Shown in pieces: positions 25,967 through 36,293 of a stretch of 64,000 nt of DNA. Source of the DNA: Candidatus Caccopulliclostridium gallistercoris (GTDB taxonomy: Bacteria; Bacillota; Clostridia; Christensenellales; UBA1242); contig DVOJ01000007.1 in assembly GCA_018713725.1 (NCBI GenBank), positions 2,486-66,485 of the forward strand. The letters run 5' to 3'. Position 1 is the first letter of the stretch. Every line of letters starts with the position of its first letter. A program made the position numbers and the translations under genes. A model generated the notes under the pieces. The model was not told where the DNA came from and made no database searches. It worked only from the letters and a program-made list of their open reading frames with translations.

Positions 25967-27691
25967 CTACGCTATATTTCGCTTTTTAAATACTATTAAC
26001 GAAGCAAGGTTGAATACAAGTATTATTCCAAGTAGATAACCTAGGCTTAAACCTAAGGAGCCGTCTATAATTGTGTTAAAGGTTAAAAAGCCACCGCTAG
26101 AACTAGCTCCACCAAAGTATTTAAATATGTCTAAGTGTGCAATTGGTAGCCACTTGAACCAGGAAACGCCAACCATAAGCATATTGCATAGAACTGTTGC
26201 TACATACACTATAAAGGAAGTTAACACTGCCACTGTGCTAGAACGGAAGATAACGGAAAGTAGAAGGGCAAGTGAGATATAGAAAATTAGGTTAAGTATG
26301 CAACTTGCAAGGTAAATTAGCATAACTACAAATGGGTGCACAACAGCCACTTGGCTTGCGTTTATTACAAGTAAAACATTAGTAAGGTTTACTCCAAACA
26401 TTACAGCGCCAACTATAAACGACGCCACAAAAGATACTAGAAGCAGTATTAACATAAACGCAATACAAGCCACAAATTTGCCAAGATATATTTTATTTCT
26501 AGTGTAGGGGCGAATTGCAAGCATCTTCATAGTTTTTCCTGTATGTTCGCCGGCAATTAAGCCCGAGCCGAAGAACAAGCAGAACACTGCAATTATAAAG
26601 GTTAAAATCTGCATAGCATAAATTGTGAAATCGTAAGCAGACGTTTCAAAACCCGCAGTTGTGCCAAAGTTGAAGTTATTGGCAAAATCTATATCGTAAT
26701 TGCCGGTATTTAAAAGGTAAGTATTTTTTGTAAGAGTTTCTTCAATGGTGTATTTATTTATATCTTCAAAACCTACATAGCTATTTAATGCGGAATTAGA
26801 AAGGTTAGATGTCTTTAATAGGGTATAGGAATTTTCTAAACACTCTTTTGCCATTAAAACTATGCTTTTATAGTTAGAAAACATATTATTTAAAGCTTCA
26901 ATATCTTCGTCTTGCCTGCTGCCAACATGAGAAGTGTAATATTCTTCAATCTGCCTTTCGTATACGTTTAGCTTGCTATCTGTGTCTGTTACAATGTTGT
27001 AATAATAATCTTCTACTATTTTATCAATTTCTGTGGCATCAAGAGTAATTTCTTGCAAATTGTTTGTTATTGAATATACATTATTTGAAAAGTTGCGGCT
27101 TTCGTTTAAAAAGTTTGCTAGTTCAATTAAGTCGTCTTTATCGTAGTTTGTGGTAACGGTAGGTAAGTCGTTATTAAGCCTTTCAAAAAAGTTCTTTAAC
27201 CTATTTAGTTGCCCCGACGTAATGTAAAAATCTATATCCGTTTCAATTGTGGAAAGGTAAACTTGAAAATCTAGCACTAAACTTTTAAAGTTAGATAGGT
27301 TTTGCCTAACTGGTGTAAGGCTAGTTTCGTTATCTACTGCATTTAAAATGCTGGAATGAAAGGTTTTAAAGCTATCTTCTGCGCGAACAATTTTGTTTTT
27401 TAACTCGTCTAATTTAGACGTTCCGTTGTTTATGTTGTAGGTGAAGTTGTTTATTTCGTCCACAACGCCAGAAAGTTCGGCTATAATAGAATTTTTTTCG
27501 CTTTGAAATTGCGTGTGAATTTCCGTAGTGTTTGCGCCTTCATAGGCTATTCTTGTATCCGTTCTAACGGTTGGATTATAAAGTATTGCAACTAAAACTA
27601 AGGCAACAACTAAAAACCCTGCCATTAAAAATATGGCTGGTCGTTGAAATAACTTGTTTAGTTCTGCTCTTGCTAGTCTAAAAACTTTCAT
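25967..27691 (-). CDS. ABC-2 type permease with a large extracytoplasmic domain
   Basis: 574 aa. An N-terminal TM helix is followed by a soluble region of about 320 aa and then five or six C-terminal TM helices. It sits directly downstream of the ATPase gene. Confidence 0.7.
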   Translation of the reverse strand: MKVFRLARAELNKLFQRPAIFLMAGFLVVALVLVAILYNPTVRTDTRIAYEGANTTEIHTQFQSEKNSIIAELSGVVDEINNFTYNINNGTSKLDELKNKIVRAEDSFKTFHSSILNAVDNETSLTPVRQNLSNFKSLVLDFQVYLSTIETDIDFYITSGQLNRLKNFFERLNNDLPTVTTNYDKDDLIELANFLNESRNFSNNVYSITNNLQEITLDATEIDKIVEDYYYNIVTDTDSKLNVYERQIEEYYTSHVGSRQDEDIEALNNMFSNYKSIVLMAKECLENSYTLLKTSNLSNSALNSYVGFEDINKYTIEETLTKNTYLLNTGNYDIDFANNFNFGTTAGFETSAYDFTIYAMQILTFIIAVFCLFFGSGLIAGEHTGKTMKMLAIRPYTRNKIYLGKFVACIAFMLILLLVSFVASFIVGAVMFGVNLTNVLLVINASQVAVVHPFVVMLIYLASCILNLIFYISLALLLSVIFRSSTVAVLTSFIVYVATVLCNMLMVGVSWFKWLPIAHLDIFKYFGGASSSGGFLTFNTIIDGSLGLSLGYLLGIILVFNLASLIVFKKRNIA

Positions 27692-27702
27692 AAATCTTCC
27701 TT

Positions 27703-28626
27703 TTAATTGATGTTAGAGTGTTTTCCTACAATGTTTAAGAACATATCTTCAAGCGAGTAGTCCACTTCGCCAGCGCTATAAACTGGCACCTTGTTTTTTG
27801 TAAGCATAACTATAATTTTAGCAAGGTCGGATTCCGACGCGTTGAATAGCACCTTGTTTCCACAAATTCCAACCTTAATGTTAAAGCCATCTTGAATAAG
27901 TTTTCCAGCAAAGTTTGGCGTGCCAACTTTTACGTAAGTGGAGCCGTTTTGCGCGTAGCGCTGTTTAATTTCGTTTAGCGTTTTAATTTCTATAAGTTTT
28001 CCGTTGTCTATAATGGCAATTCTATCGCAAAGGCTTTCCATGGTGGAAAGAATGTGGCTGGAAATGAGAATTGACGTGCCGCGCTCTTTTGTAAGCCTTT
28101 TTAAAAGCATTTTAATTTCTTTTATGCCGTTTGCATCAAGCCCGTTTGTGGGTTCGTCTAGCACAAGTAGCTTTGGGTCATGAAGAAGGGCTTGGGCAAT
28201 GCCAAGACGCTGTTTCATGCCTAGTGAGTAATTTCTAACCTTATCGTTAAGCCTTCTAGATAGCCCAACAATGCTAGCTACTTCCATTATTTTAGATTTT
28301 TTAATGCCTTTATAAAGGCTTGCATAGAACTTTAAATTGCCGTAGCCGGTAAGGTAAGGGTAAAGGTAAGGCGTTTCAATAAGCCCGCCCACGTTTACAA
28401 TTGCCTTTTCAAAGTCTGTTTGCACGTTTTTGCCGCAGATATAAACGTTTCCGCTAGTTATGCTAGTCAAGCCTAAAATCATTTTCATGGTAGTACTTTT
28501 GCCAGCGCCGTTAGCACCCAAAAAGCCTAAAATTTCCCCATTTCTAACGGAAAAACTAACGTCGTCCACAGCTACACGCGTTCCATAAATTTTTGTTAAA
28601 TTTTCAACTTGTAATATGTTTTCCAT
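27703..28626 (-). CDS. ABC transporter ATP-binding protein (ABC-2/bacitracin-type)
   Basis: Walker A GANGAGKST, signature YSLGMKQR, Walker B LLVLDEPTNGLD. Confidence 0.9.
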   Translation of the reverse strand: MENILQVENLTKIYGTRVAVDDVSFSVRNGEILGFLGANGAGKSTTMKMILGLTSITSGNVYICGKNVQTDFEKAIVNVGGLIETPYLYPYLTGYGNLKFYASLYKGIKKSKIMEVASIVGLSRRLNDKVRNYSLGMKQRLGIAQALLHDPKLLVLDEPTNGLDANGIKEIKMLLKRLTKERGTSILISSHILSTMESLCDRIAIIDNGKLIEIKTLNEIKQRYAQNGSTYVKVGTPNFAGKLIQDGFNIKVGICGNKVLFNASESDLAKIIVMLTKNKVPVYSAGEVDYSLEDMFLNIVGKHSNIN

Positions 28627-28719
28627 AAACTTAAAGTTATTTTATCACAAAACAACGCTTTTGCCAAGTTAAAAAACGTAATTTATAAAATTAGCATAAA
28701 ATACAAGGGGAGATTTTGT

Positions 28720-29865
28720 ATGAATATATTAGTTTTATTTGGCGGAAAAAGCTCTGAGCACGATATTTCCGTCATAACAGCCTTGCAGGCTATAAACGCC
28801 ATAGATAAAGTAAAATATAACGTTATTCCCGTGTATGTAACAAGAGAAGGCAAGTGGCTTACGGGAGAAAAGCTGCTTTTTAAGGAAACGTATTTGAATT
28901 TTAACGAGAAAAATTTTAAGGAAGTAAGTTTAAATTTTTGCAAAAGTGAAATTGAAATAAAAAAGGTAATTTCAAAGAAAATAAAGGTGGACTGCGCTCT
29001 ACTATGCCTTCACGGCTTAAACGGGGAAGATGGCACTGTGCAAGGCGCGTTGGAACTTGCAAATATTCCTTACACGTCGTCTAATGTTTTAGGTAGCAGC
29101 GTTTGCATGGATAAAATTATTATGAAAGACATCTTTAAGGCAAACAACATGAGCATTGTAGACTACGTATGGTTCACGCGCGAGGAGTTTGAAGCAAACG
29201 AAGATGAGATTTTAGACAAAATCTATTCAAAAATAGATTATCCGTACATAGTAAAGCCGTGCAGTTTAGGAAGTAGCATAGGCATATCTAAATGCGAGTG
29301 CGAAGACGACCTAATATACGCCATAGAAGTAGCATGTAAATACGATAGCAGAATAATAGTAGAAAAGGCAGTGGAGAATTTAAGAGAAATAAACTGCGCG
29401 TGCATTGGATATGGCAACAAGGTTAGAACGTCTATGCTAGAAGAGCCTGTTTCATGGAATAAATTTTTAAGTTTTAAGGATAAATATTTAAGTTTTAGTA
29501 AGTCAGCCACGCGCGGAGAGCCCAATTTAGAAGAAGATATCAAAGAAAAGATAAAGGAAACCGCGATTAAAGCCTTTATTTCAACATGTCAGAGCGGCGT
29601 TGTTAGAATAGACTTTTTATTAGATAGCCTATCGGGCGAACTTTTTATAAATGAAATCAACACCATTCCTGGAAGCCTTGCAAACTACCTTTTCCCAGAG
29701 CACTTTGGAAAGCTAATAGACGAGCTTATAACCCTTGCAATTAAAAGGGAAAACGATAAAAAGAAGAATAATTTTAGCTATAAATCCGCCGCGCTTTTCG
29801 AGTATATAAAGAATAGCGGAAAAATGGGAACAAAAAATATTAAAAAAATTAGAACAAATGTTTGA
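28720..29865 (+). CDS. ddl: D-alanine--D-alanine ligase
   Basis: 381 aa. LVLFGGKSSEHDISVITA N-terminus, an ATP-grasp core and NEINTIPG near the C-terminus. Confidence 0.9.
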   Translation: MNILVLFGGKSSEHDISVITALQAINAIDKVKYNVIPVYVTREGKWLTGEKLLFKETYLNFNEKNFKEVSLNFCKSEIEIKKVISKKIKVDCALLCLHGLNGEDGTVQGALELANIPYTSSNVLGSSVCMDKIIMKDIFKANNMSIVDYVWFTREEFEANEDEILDKIYSKIDYPYIVKPCSLGSSIGISKCECEDDLIYAIEVACKYDSRIIVEKAVENLREINCACIGYGNKVRTSMLEEPVSWNKFLSFKDKYLSFSKSATRGEPNLEEDIKEKIKETAIKAFISTCQSGVVRIDFLLDSLSGELFINEINTIPGSLANYLFPEHFGKLIDELITLAIKRENDKKKNNFSYKSAALFEYIKNSGKMGTKNIKKIRTNV

Positions 29866-29918
29866 CAAATTAAAAAGCGTATGTTAAACTCTCCTTGTAA
29901 GAAATAAAGGAGAGTTTT

Positions 29919-30176
29919 ATGCGTCAATTTTTAATACTTGGTATATTCATATACATATATAGGAGCGGCAAAACCACCACGAAGGAGATAGCGGAAAGGT
30001 TTGAAGTGTCGCCGCGCACTGTGTATAGGTATATAAACAGCATATGTGAAGCCGGGGTACCAATAATAACAAAAGCAGGCTATGGTGGTGGAGTGTATAT
30101 AATGGACGGCTTTAAACTAGAAAGTTTATTTTACACGGAAGACGAGCGAAGGAAGATAGAAAAGGCGTTAGCGTAA
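29919..30176 (+). CDS. stand-alone HTH_11/DeoR-N-type DNA-binding protein (YafY-like N-terminal domain only)
   Basis: 85 aa with an AAGGAGAG SD. The segment TTTKEIAERFEVSPRTVYRYINSICEAGVPI gives the HTH. No WYL domain follows. Confidence 0.6.
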   Translation: MRQFLILGIFIYIYRSGKTTTKEIAERFEVSPRTVYRYINSICEAGVPIITKAGYGGGVYIMDGFKLESLFYTEDERRKIEKALA

Positions 30177-30311
30177 ATAACAGCCATTTGACAAATTTAT
30201 AATAAAACGCTATAAATAAAAAGGGGCTTTAAATGGAAATGTCTTTTTAATAAAAAACCGCTAAGAGAGTTTTGGGGTTCACCCAGAGTTACTTAGCGAT
30301 TTTTTTTATGT

Positions 30312-30527
30312 CTAAAATATCCCAGCAAAGCTTTGAAAGCCTTTGTGCGAAATTATACTCTCGGCAAGGTCGCGTTTGGCGGCGGGCATCTTTACGGAAA
30401 TTCCGCACGACAGGTTTAAACTTCGTGGCGTGTTTATTATTTGAAAAGGAACGTTATATCCTCTAAGTATGCTAGCAAAGCTAAGTGTTTCCGTTCGCGC
30501 TTTGAAAACAACTATTATATAGTTCAT
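30312..30527 (-). CDS. DUF3343-family small protein (putative S/Se carrier-like)
   Basis: 71 aa. The pattern IIVVFKARTETLSFASILRGYNVPFQIINTPRSLNLSCGISV matches the DUF3343 pattern with its conserved CG. Confidence 0.6.
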   Translation of the reverse strand: MNYIIVVFKARTETLSFASILRGYNVPFQIINTPRSLNLSCGISVKMPAAKRDLAESIISHKGFQSFAGIF

Positions 30528-30589
30528 AATTTTCTCCTAACAATAATGTTTTTTCTCTCATATCATTATACTAGGAGATTTTATAAAAA

Positions 30590-31723
30590 GTGATATATCT
30601 AGATAACAGCGCCACCACTTTCCCCAAGCCAAAAGAAGTGCAAAAAGCCCTAAATGATGTTTTTACAAAGTACGGCGCTAATCCCGGCAGAAGTGGTCAT
30701 TCCTTTTCGCTTGCATCTGCGCTTAAAGTGAATGAAGTTAGGGAAGACGTAGCCGACTTTTTCAACGTATCTAGGCCAGAGAAGGTTATTTTCACGTCTG
30801 GCTGTACGGAAGCTTTGAACTTAGCTATTCTTGGCAGCGTGCAGGAAGGTGGACATGTAATTTGCACTGTTAATGAACACAACTCCGTTTTAAGACCGCT
30901 CTTCGAGCTTAAAGCAAAAGGGCTAATAGACGTAACGGTGGCCGAACCGGAAAATTCTGCGCGTTTAACTGTTTCCGATATAGTAAAGCACATTCGCCCA
31001 AACACTTACATGGTTTGCGTGAATCACGTTTCAAACGTAGACGGCATGGAAGCCGAACTTGAAGCAATAGGGGAGCTGTGTGCGGAACATTGCATATATT
31101 TTTTAGTGGACGCCGCTCAAAGTGCTGGGCACAAAGTTATAGATATGCAAAAGCAAAACATAGATTTTCTAGCACTCGCTGGGCATAAAGGGCTTTACGC
31201 CTTACAGGGCGTGGGAGCTTTGTGTTACAGCGCAAAGGCAAAACTTTTGCCAATAAAATTTGGCGGAACGGGCACGGATTCTATAAACGTGCGTCAGCCG
31301 CTTGAAGCTCCGGAAGCTTTTGAAAGCGGAACAATTGCCACGCCGGCAATAATATCCCTTGGCGCAGGGCTCAAATTTGTTAAAGAGCATTATTCTGAAA
31401 TAGAAGAAAAACTTGACGACTTAACAACGTATTTAAATTACGAATTAAGAAGTATTGACGGCGTAAAGGTCTACACGCATCCAGACAATTCAAACGGCGT
31501 GCTTTCCTTTAATATTAGAGATATGCCGTCTACGGACGTTTCTAGTATTTTAGATGAAAAATATAAAATTTGTTCTAGAAGCGGCTTGCACTGCGCTCCG
31601 TTAAAACATAAATTTAACGGCACTACTTATCAGGGCAGTGTCAGATTATCTCTCTCATATTTTTCGACTTTTACAGAAATTTCTAGAACTTTAAAGGCAA
31701 TAAAAGAAATAGCCAAAGGTTAG
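30590..31723 (+). CDS. class V aminotransferase-fold cysteine desulfurase family protein
   Basis: 377 aa with a GTG start. IYLDNSATTFPKP N-terminus, PLP lysine context LAGHKGL and C-terminal active-site-like SGLHCAP. Confidence 0.85.
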   Translation: MIYLDNSATTFPKPKEVQKALNDVFTKYGANPGRSGHSFSLASALKVNEVREDVADFFNVSRPEKVIFTSGCTEALNLAILGSVQEGGHVICTVNEHNSVLRPLFELKAKGLIDVTVAEPENSARLTVSDIVKHIRPNTYMVCVNHVSNVDGMEAELEAIGELCAEHCIYFLVDAAQSAGHKVIDMQKQNIDFLALAGHKGLYALQGVGALCYSAKAKLLPIKFGGTGTDSINVRQPLEAPEAFESGTIATPAIISLGAGLKFVKEHYSEIEEKLDDLTTYLNYELRSIDGVKVYTHPDNSNGVLSFNIRDMPSTDVSSILDEKYKICSRSGLHCAPLKHKFNGTTYQGSVRLSLSYFSTFTEISRTLKAIKEIAKG

Positions 31724-31857
31724 TTATCAACAAGTAGCGGGCCGACAATTCTTAGCTTAAAGTATGGGTGAGAAAAGAACTCGGCAAGGGTAACGCCAAG
31801 GCCGGAGCAAATTTTTCCCAAAGTGCTCATAGTGCAACTAGAAGCCTTACTTTTCAT
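31720..31857 (-). pseudogene. remnant of an XRE-family HTH gene (C-terminal half of the HTH only)
   Basis: The 45-aa ORF MKSKASSCTMSTLGKICSGLGVTLAEFF... matches only helix 3 onward of HTH_3 (S..tL.kIc.aLGvtLaeFF). There is no convincing SD, and upstream frames are closed. Confidence 0.3.
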
Positions 31858-31978
31858 AAAGGACCTATCCCTATAATACTTACTGCGCGCGTCCTGCTTT
31901 TAAAATCTCAATAATATAATTAAGAGATAGCAAATTTTCTGCTATCAAAAATAATTAAAAATTTTATTTTACAATACT

Positions 31979-32020
31979 AAAACAGCAAAGGTAAAAAGCT
32001 TTTGCTGTTTTATTTATTTT
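31979..32020 (+). terminator. orphan intrinsic terminator-like hairpin upstream of the pcrA promoter
   Basis: aaaacagcaaag-gtaaaaa-gcttttgctgtttt followed by atttattttt. Confidence 0.5.
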
Positions 32021-32058
32021 TCTTTGCATTTAAAAATGCTTTGTGCTAAAATGGGAGC

Positions 32059-34248
32059 ATGACTTACGATATTGATAGTTTAAACGAAGAACAAAAAAAG
32101 GCGCTTTATGTTACCGACGGCGCTATTTTAGTGACGGCGGGCGCGGGTAGCGGTAAAACTAGGCTGCTTACTCATAGAATTGCTTATCTTATTAAGGAAA
32201 AGGGTGTAAGCCCGTTTAATATTCTTGCCATAACCTTTACAAACAAGGCGGCAAACGAGATGCGCGAAAGGGTGGCTGGAATGGTACAGGGGGCGGAAAA
32301 CGTTTGGATTTCCACCTTCCACTCTATGTGTGCAAAAATTTTAAGGCTAAACATACATAACCTAGATTCTAGCTACGATAACAACTTTACAATCTACTCG
32401 GATTCGGATACGGATAAAGTTATAAAGCAAATTCAAGTGGAAATGGACAGAACGGACGACGATAAGTTCAAAAAGAATTTAGCTTTTCATATTTCAAATT
32501 ATAAAAATAATTTTAACGATTTAAACGCCTATAAAAAAGAGAACGAATTCGATAGAAACATAGACGAAATTATTCCTGCAATAATTAGATACGAAGAGAT
32601 TTTAAGAGAAAATAACGCGGTGGACTTCGACGACCTTCTTATTTTAACGGACAGGCTTTTTGAAAGGTGCCCAGAAGTTTTGCAGCACTATGCTGATAGA
32701 TTTCACTACATTTTAGTAGACGAATTTCAAGACACGAACAAAATTCAGTTCGACCTAGTAAAGAAGCTAGCAAGCGTTCATAAAAACCTATTTGTTGTGG
32801 GCGACGAAGACCAGTGCATATACTCTTGGCGCGGGGCTAACTTTGAAAACATTTACCACTTTAAAGACAATTTCGAAAATGTGCAAGTGTTCAAACTTGA
32901 AAGAAATTATAGGTCTACCAAAAACATATTGAACACGGCAAATTTATTAATAAAGAACAATAAATCTCGCTATTTTAAAAATTTATGGACGGAAAAAGAC
33001 GACGGCAACGAAGTAGTTCGCAGAGAGCTTAACGACGAGCAGGAAGAGGCGGACTACGTAAGTAGAACAATTTATTCGCTTGTAAACAATAACGGGTATT
33101 CTTACAAAGATTTTGCCATACTTTTAAGGCTCAACGCGCTCACGCTTCCGTTCGAAGAGCGCTTGCTTGCCTATAATATTCCGCACAAAATTTTCGGCGG
33201 CTTTAAATTCTATGAAAGGGCGGAAATTAAAAACGTGCTTTCATATTTAAGATTGTTTGTAAACCCAAAGGACGAACAGGCTTTTTTAAGGGTTATAAAT
33301 TTCCCGAAGCGCGGCATTGGAGATTCCGCCATTGCAAGTTTAAGAAAGGTGGCAATAAATAACAAAAAATCCCTTCTTGAAACGTGTTTAAACATAGAAA
33401 ACTTGACGGCGGAACGCTCTCTTATTAATAAATTTTCTGGCTTTGCAAGAATTTACAAAGACCTTCTATCTTCCTACGAGTTAGAGCCACTCGACGAGTT
33501 TACAAACGAAGTGATAGAAAAGTTTGGAATAAAACTTGCTTATCAAGGCAAAAATGAAGAAGATATAGATAAGCTCATGAATATAGACTCTTTGCTTGCT
33601 TCAATTCAAAGTTTTGTGCAGAAAAACCCAAGCTCCGGGCTAAGCGAATATCTAGAAAGTGTGTCACTAGTTAGCGATATCGATAGCTTTGACGAAAGTA
33701 ACAACGTAACCGTTGCCACCGTGCATGCAGTGAAGGGCTTAGAGTTTAAAGTTGTGTTCGTTGTGGGCTTAGAAGAAAAGATTTTTCCAATATCTAGGGC
33801 GATAGGCAGCGATGCCGATATGGAAGAAGAGCGCAGGCTAATGTATGTGGCTATCACTCGTGCGGAAGAGAACTTGTTCTTAACAAATTGCAGAACACGC
33901 TTTATTTACGGCAAGCGCGACTACATGATTCCAAGTAGATTCCTAGGCGAACTTGGCTACACGAACGTCAAGGCCAAAACTTCTTACTTTACGGAAAGGC
34001 ACGAAACGCCGTCTTATAGTCACGACATCAATGCTTTTAAAACAACCGCTTCACAAAGCACCACGTTTACAAAAGCCAAAGTGGATACAAGCATATATAA
34101 AGTTGGTCAAATGGTGCTTCACACCAAGTTTGGTATAGGAACAATTCAAAGCATAACGGCGGACGGCAAATGTGCGGACATTGCCTTTAACGGCATTGGC
34201 ACAAAAACACTGCTACTTGAAATTGCGCCGCTAAAAATAATAAAATAG
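32059..34248 (+). CDS. pcrA: ATP-dependent DNA helicase PcrA (UvrD family)
   Basis: 729 aa. Motifs AGAGSGKTR, TFTNKAANEM, VDEFQDTN, NYRST and VTVATVHAVKGLEF. Confidence 0.93.
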   Translation: MTYDIDSLNEEQKKALYVTDGAILVTAGAGSGKTRLLTHRIAYLIKEKGVSPFNILAITFTNKAANEMRERVAGMVQGAENVWISTFHSMCAKILRLNIHNLDSSYDNNFTIYSDSDTDKVIKQIQVEMDRTDDDKFKKNLAFHISNYKNNFNDLNAYKKENEFDRNIDEIIPAIIRYEEILRENNAVDFDDLLILTDRLFERCPEVLQHYADRFHYILVDEFQDTNKIQFDLVKKLASVHKNLFVVGDEDQCIYSWRGANFENIYHFKDNFENVQVFKLERNYRSTKNILNTANLLIKNNKSRYFKNLWTEKDDGNEVVRRELNDEQEEADYVSRTIYSLVNNNGYSYKDFAILLRLNALTLPFEERLLAYNIPHKIFGGFKFYERAEIKNVLSYLRLFVNPKDEQAFLRVINFPKRGIGDSAIASLRKVAINNKKSLLETCLNIENLTAERSLINKFSGFARIYKDLLSSYELEPLDEFTNEVIEKFGIKLAYQGKNEEDIDKLMNIDSLLASIQSFVQKNPSSGLSEYLESVSLVSDIDSFDESNNVTVATVHAVKGLEFKVVFVVGLEEKIFPISRAIGSDADMEEERRLMYVAITRAEENLFLTNCRTRFIYGKRDYMIPSRFLGELGYTNVKAKTSYFTERHETPSYSHDINAFKTTASQSTTFTKAKVDTSIYKVGQMVLHTKFGIGTIQSITADGKCADIAFNGIGTKTLLLEIAPLKIIK

Positions 34249-34256
34249 GGGAATTT

Positions 34257-36206
34257 ATGGATAGAATGCAAGAGCTTGTGCAAGAATTAGACAAGCATAT
34301 TTATAACTATTACGTACTTGATAACCCAACCATTTCCGATGCGGAATACGATAAGCTTTACGACGAACTAGTAAAACTTGAAAAGGAAACGGGTATAATT
34401 TTACCAAACTCTCCAACGCAGCGCGTAGGCGGAGAAGTGCTAGAAGGTTTTAAAAAGCATAGGCACGAAGTGCAACTTTATAGCCTAGATAAGTGTCAAA
34501 GTAAAGAAGAGCTAGAAAAGTGGGTAGACGGTATAAAAAAGGTATTTCCAGCCGCTACTTTTGCCGTAGAATATAAGTTCGACGGGCTTACAATAGTTTG
34601 TAAATACCAAAACGGCTTTTTTGTTGAAGCGTCCACTCGCGGCAACGGCATAATAGGCGAAGACGTGACGGAGCAGGCAAAAACTATAAGAAGCATTCCG
34701 CTTAAAATACCGTTTAAAAACGAGCTTTTAATTCAAGGCGAAGGCATGATAACGCTTTCTAACCTAGAAAAATATAATAAAACGTCCACCGAGCCTTTAA
34801 AAAACGCACGAAATGCCGTTGCAGGCGCTATTAGAAATTTAGACCCAAAGGAAACAGCAAAGAGAAAACTAGACCTATTTTCCTATCAAATTTTAAAGAT
34901 AGACGGCAAAACCTTTAAAACGCAAGAAGAAATGCACAACTTTTTAGTTGAAAACGGCTTTAAAACAGGCGACTATTTTAAAATTTGCACAAGTTTTCAA
35001 GAAATTTGGCAGCAAATAGAGCATATAGGAAATATAAAGAAGAGTTTGGACATTTTAATGGACGGCGTTGTAATAAAGTTAAACGAAGTTAGCCATCGCG
35101 ACGAGTTCGGTTACACGGCGAAGTTTCCAAAGTGGGCAATAGCCTTTAAATTTCCAGCAGAAGAGCTTTCCACAACGCTAGAAGACGTAGTTTGGCAAGT
35201 GGGTAGAACGGGTAAACTTACGCCAATTGCTATAATAGACCCAGTAAATTTAGCGGGTGCAAGCGTAAGAAGGGCAACGCTAAACAATATGGGCGACATA
35301 GAAAGAAAGAAGGTAAAAATAGGTAGCCGCGTGTTTGTAAGGCGTAGCAATGAAGTTATACCGGAAATTCTCGGTCTTGCCGAAGATATGCCAAATTCTA
35401 AGGAAATAACAGCGCCCACACATTGTCCAAGTTGCGGGGCGGAGCTAATAGAAAACGGCGCTAACATTTTCTGCCCAAATTCTAGTTCTTGCCCAGAGCA
35501 AATTATAGATAGGCTAACTAATTTTGCTTCGCGTGAAGCCATGGATATAGACGGTTTTAGCATAATGACGGCGGGCGATTTATATGAAAAATTAGGAGTT
35601 AAAAAGTTTCACGAGCTATACACTCTCACGCGTGAAGACGTTTTAAAATTAGAAAATTTTAAGGATAAAAAAGCGGATAATTTATTAAACGCTATAAATA
35701 ACTCTAAAACCGCCACGCTTCCAAAGTTTATTTATGCACTTGGAATAGAAGGCGTGGGCGTTAAAACGGCAAAGGATTTAGCTAAAAAGTTTGGGAATTT
35801 AGAAAATTTAAGAAATGCAAGTTTTGAAGATATTCTTTCCGTGTTTAACATAGGGGAAGTTATAGCAAAGAATATTTTTGACTATTTCCATAATGAAGAT
35901 AACGTTGAAGAACTAGATAAACTATTAAACTTTGTAAAAGTTGAAAATTATAGAGAAGAGATAAAGGAAAACGAATTCACAAATAAAAAAGTTGTAATAA
36001 CAGGCACTTTTGAAAGGTTTGGAAGAATGGAACTTACAGCTCTTCTTGAAAGCTTTGGCGCCCAGGTTGTGGGAAGTGTATCTAAAAATACGGACTTAGT
36101 TCTTGCGGGCGAAAGTGCGGGTAGTAAACTTGCCAAAGCGCAAACTCTTGGCGTTAAAGTTATGGAAGAAGAAGAGTTTTATAGAGTTTTAGACGGGCAA
36201 AATTAA
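34257..36206 (+). CDS. ligA: NAD-dependent DNA ligase
   Basis: 649 aa. Adenylation motif EYKFDG, Zn finger CPSCGAELIENGANIFCPN, HhH repeats and a C-terminal BRCT domain. Confidence 0.95.
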   Translation: MDRMQELVQELDKHIYNYYVLDNPTISDAEYDKLYDELVKLEKETGIILPNSPTQRVGGEVLEGFKKHRHEVQLYSLDKCQSKEELEKWVDGIKKVFPAATFAVEYKFDGLTIVCKYQNGFFVEASTRGNGIIGEDVTEQAKTIRSIPLKIPFKNELLIQGEGMITLSNLEKYNKTSTEPLKNARNAVAGAIRNLDPKETAKRKLDLFSYQILKIDGKTFKTQEEMHNFLVENGFKTGDYFKICTSFQEIWQQIEHIGNIKKSLDILMDGVVIKLNEVSHRDEFGYTAKFPKWAIAFKFPAEELSTTLEDVVWQVGRTGKLTPIAIIDPVNLAGASVRRATLNNMGDIERKKVKIGSRVFVRRSNEVIPEILGLAEDMPNSKEITAPTHCPSCGAELIENGANIFCPNSSSCPEQIIDRLTNFASREAMDIDGFSIMTAGDLYEKLGVKKFHELYTLTREDVLKLENFKDKKADNLLNAINNSKTATLPKFIYALGIEGVGVKTAKDLAKKFGNLENLRNASFEDILSVFNIGEVIAKNIFDYFHNEDNVEELDKLLNFVKVENYREEIKENEFTNKKVVITGTFERFGRMELTALLESFGAQVVGSVSKNTDLVLAGESAGSKLAKAQTLGVKVMEEEEFYRVLDGQN

Positions 36207-36234
36207 AAAATTCTAAAAAAATTTTAAAAAAGTG

Positions 36235-36263
36235 TTCACAAAATAAAAAAGTTATGATATAAT
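36235..36263 (+). promoter_or_regulatory. promoter (TTCACA-17-TATAAT with TG extended -10)
   Basis: TTCACA at 36235-36240 and TGATATAAT ending at 36263. Confidence 0.5.
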
Positions 36264-36293
36264 CTCTTGGTTAAAAAGCGAGGTGTTAATAGT

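Noticed and set aside
30272-30466. 64-aa + strand ORF
   Set aside because: It is antisense to the DUF3343 gene, which has a recognisable family pattern. It has no SD.
35111-35563. 150-aa minus-strand ORF inside ligA, with similar antisense ORFs in pcrA, ffh, lepA/hemW, rarA and the desulfurase gene
   Set aside because: All are antisense to strongly supported conserved genes and have no independent signals.
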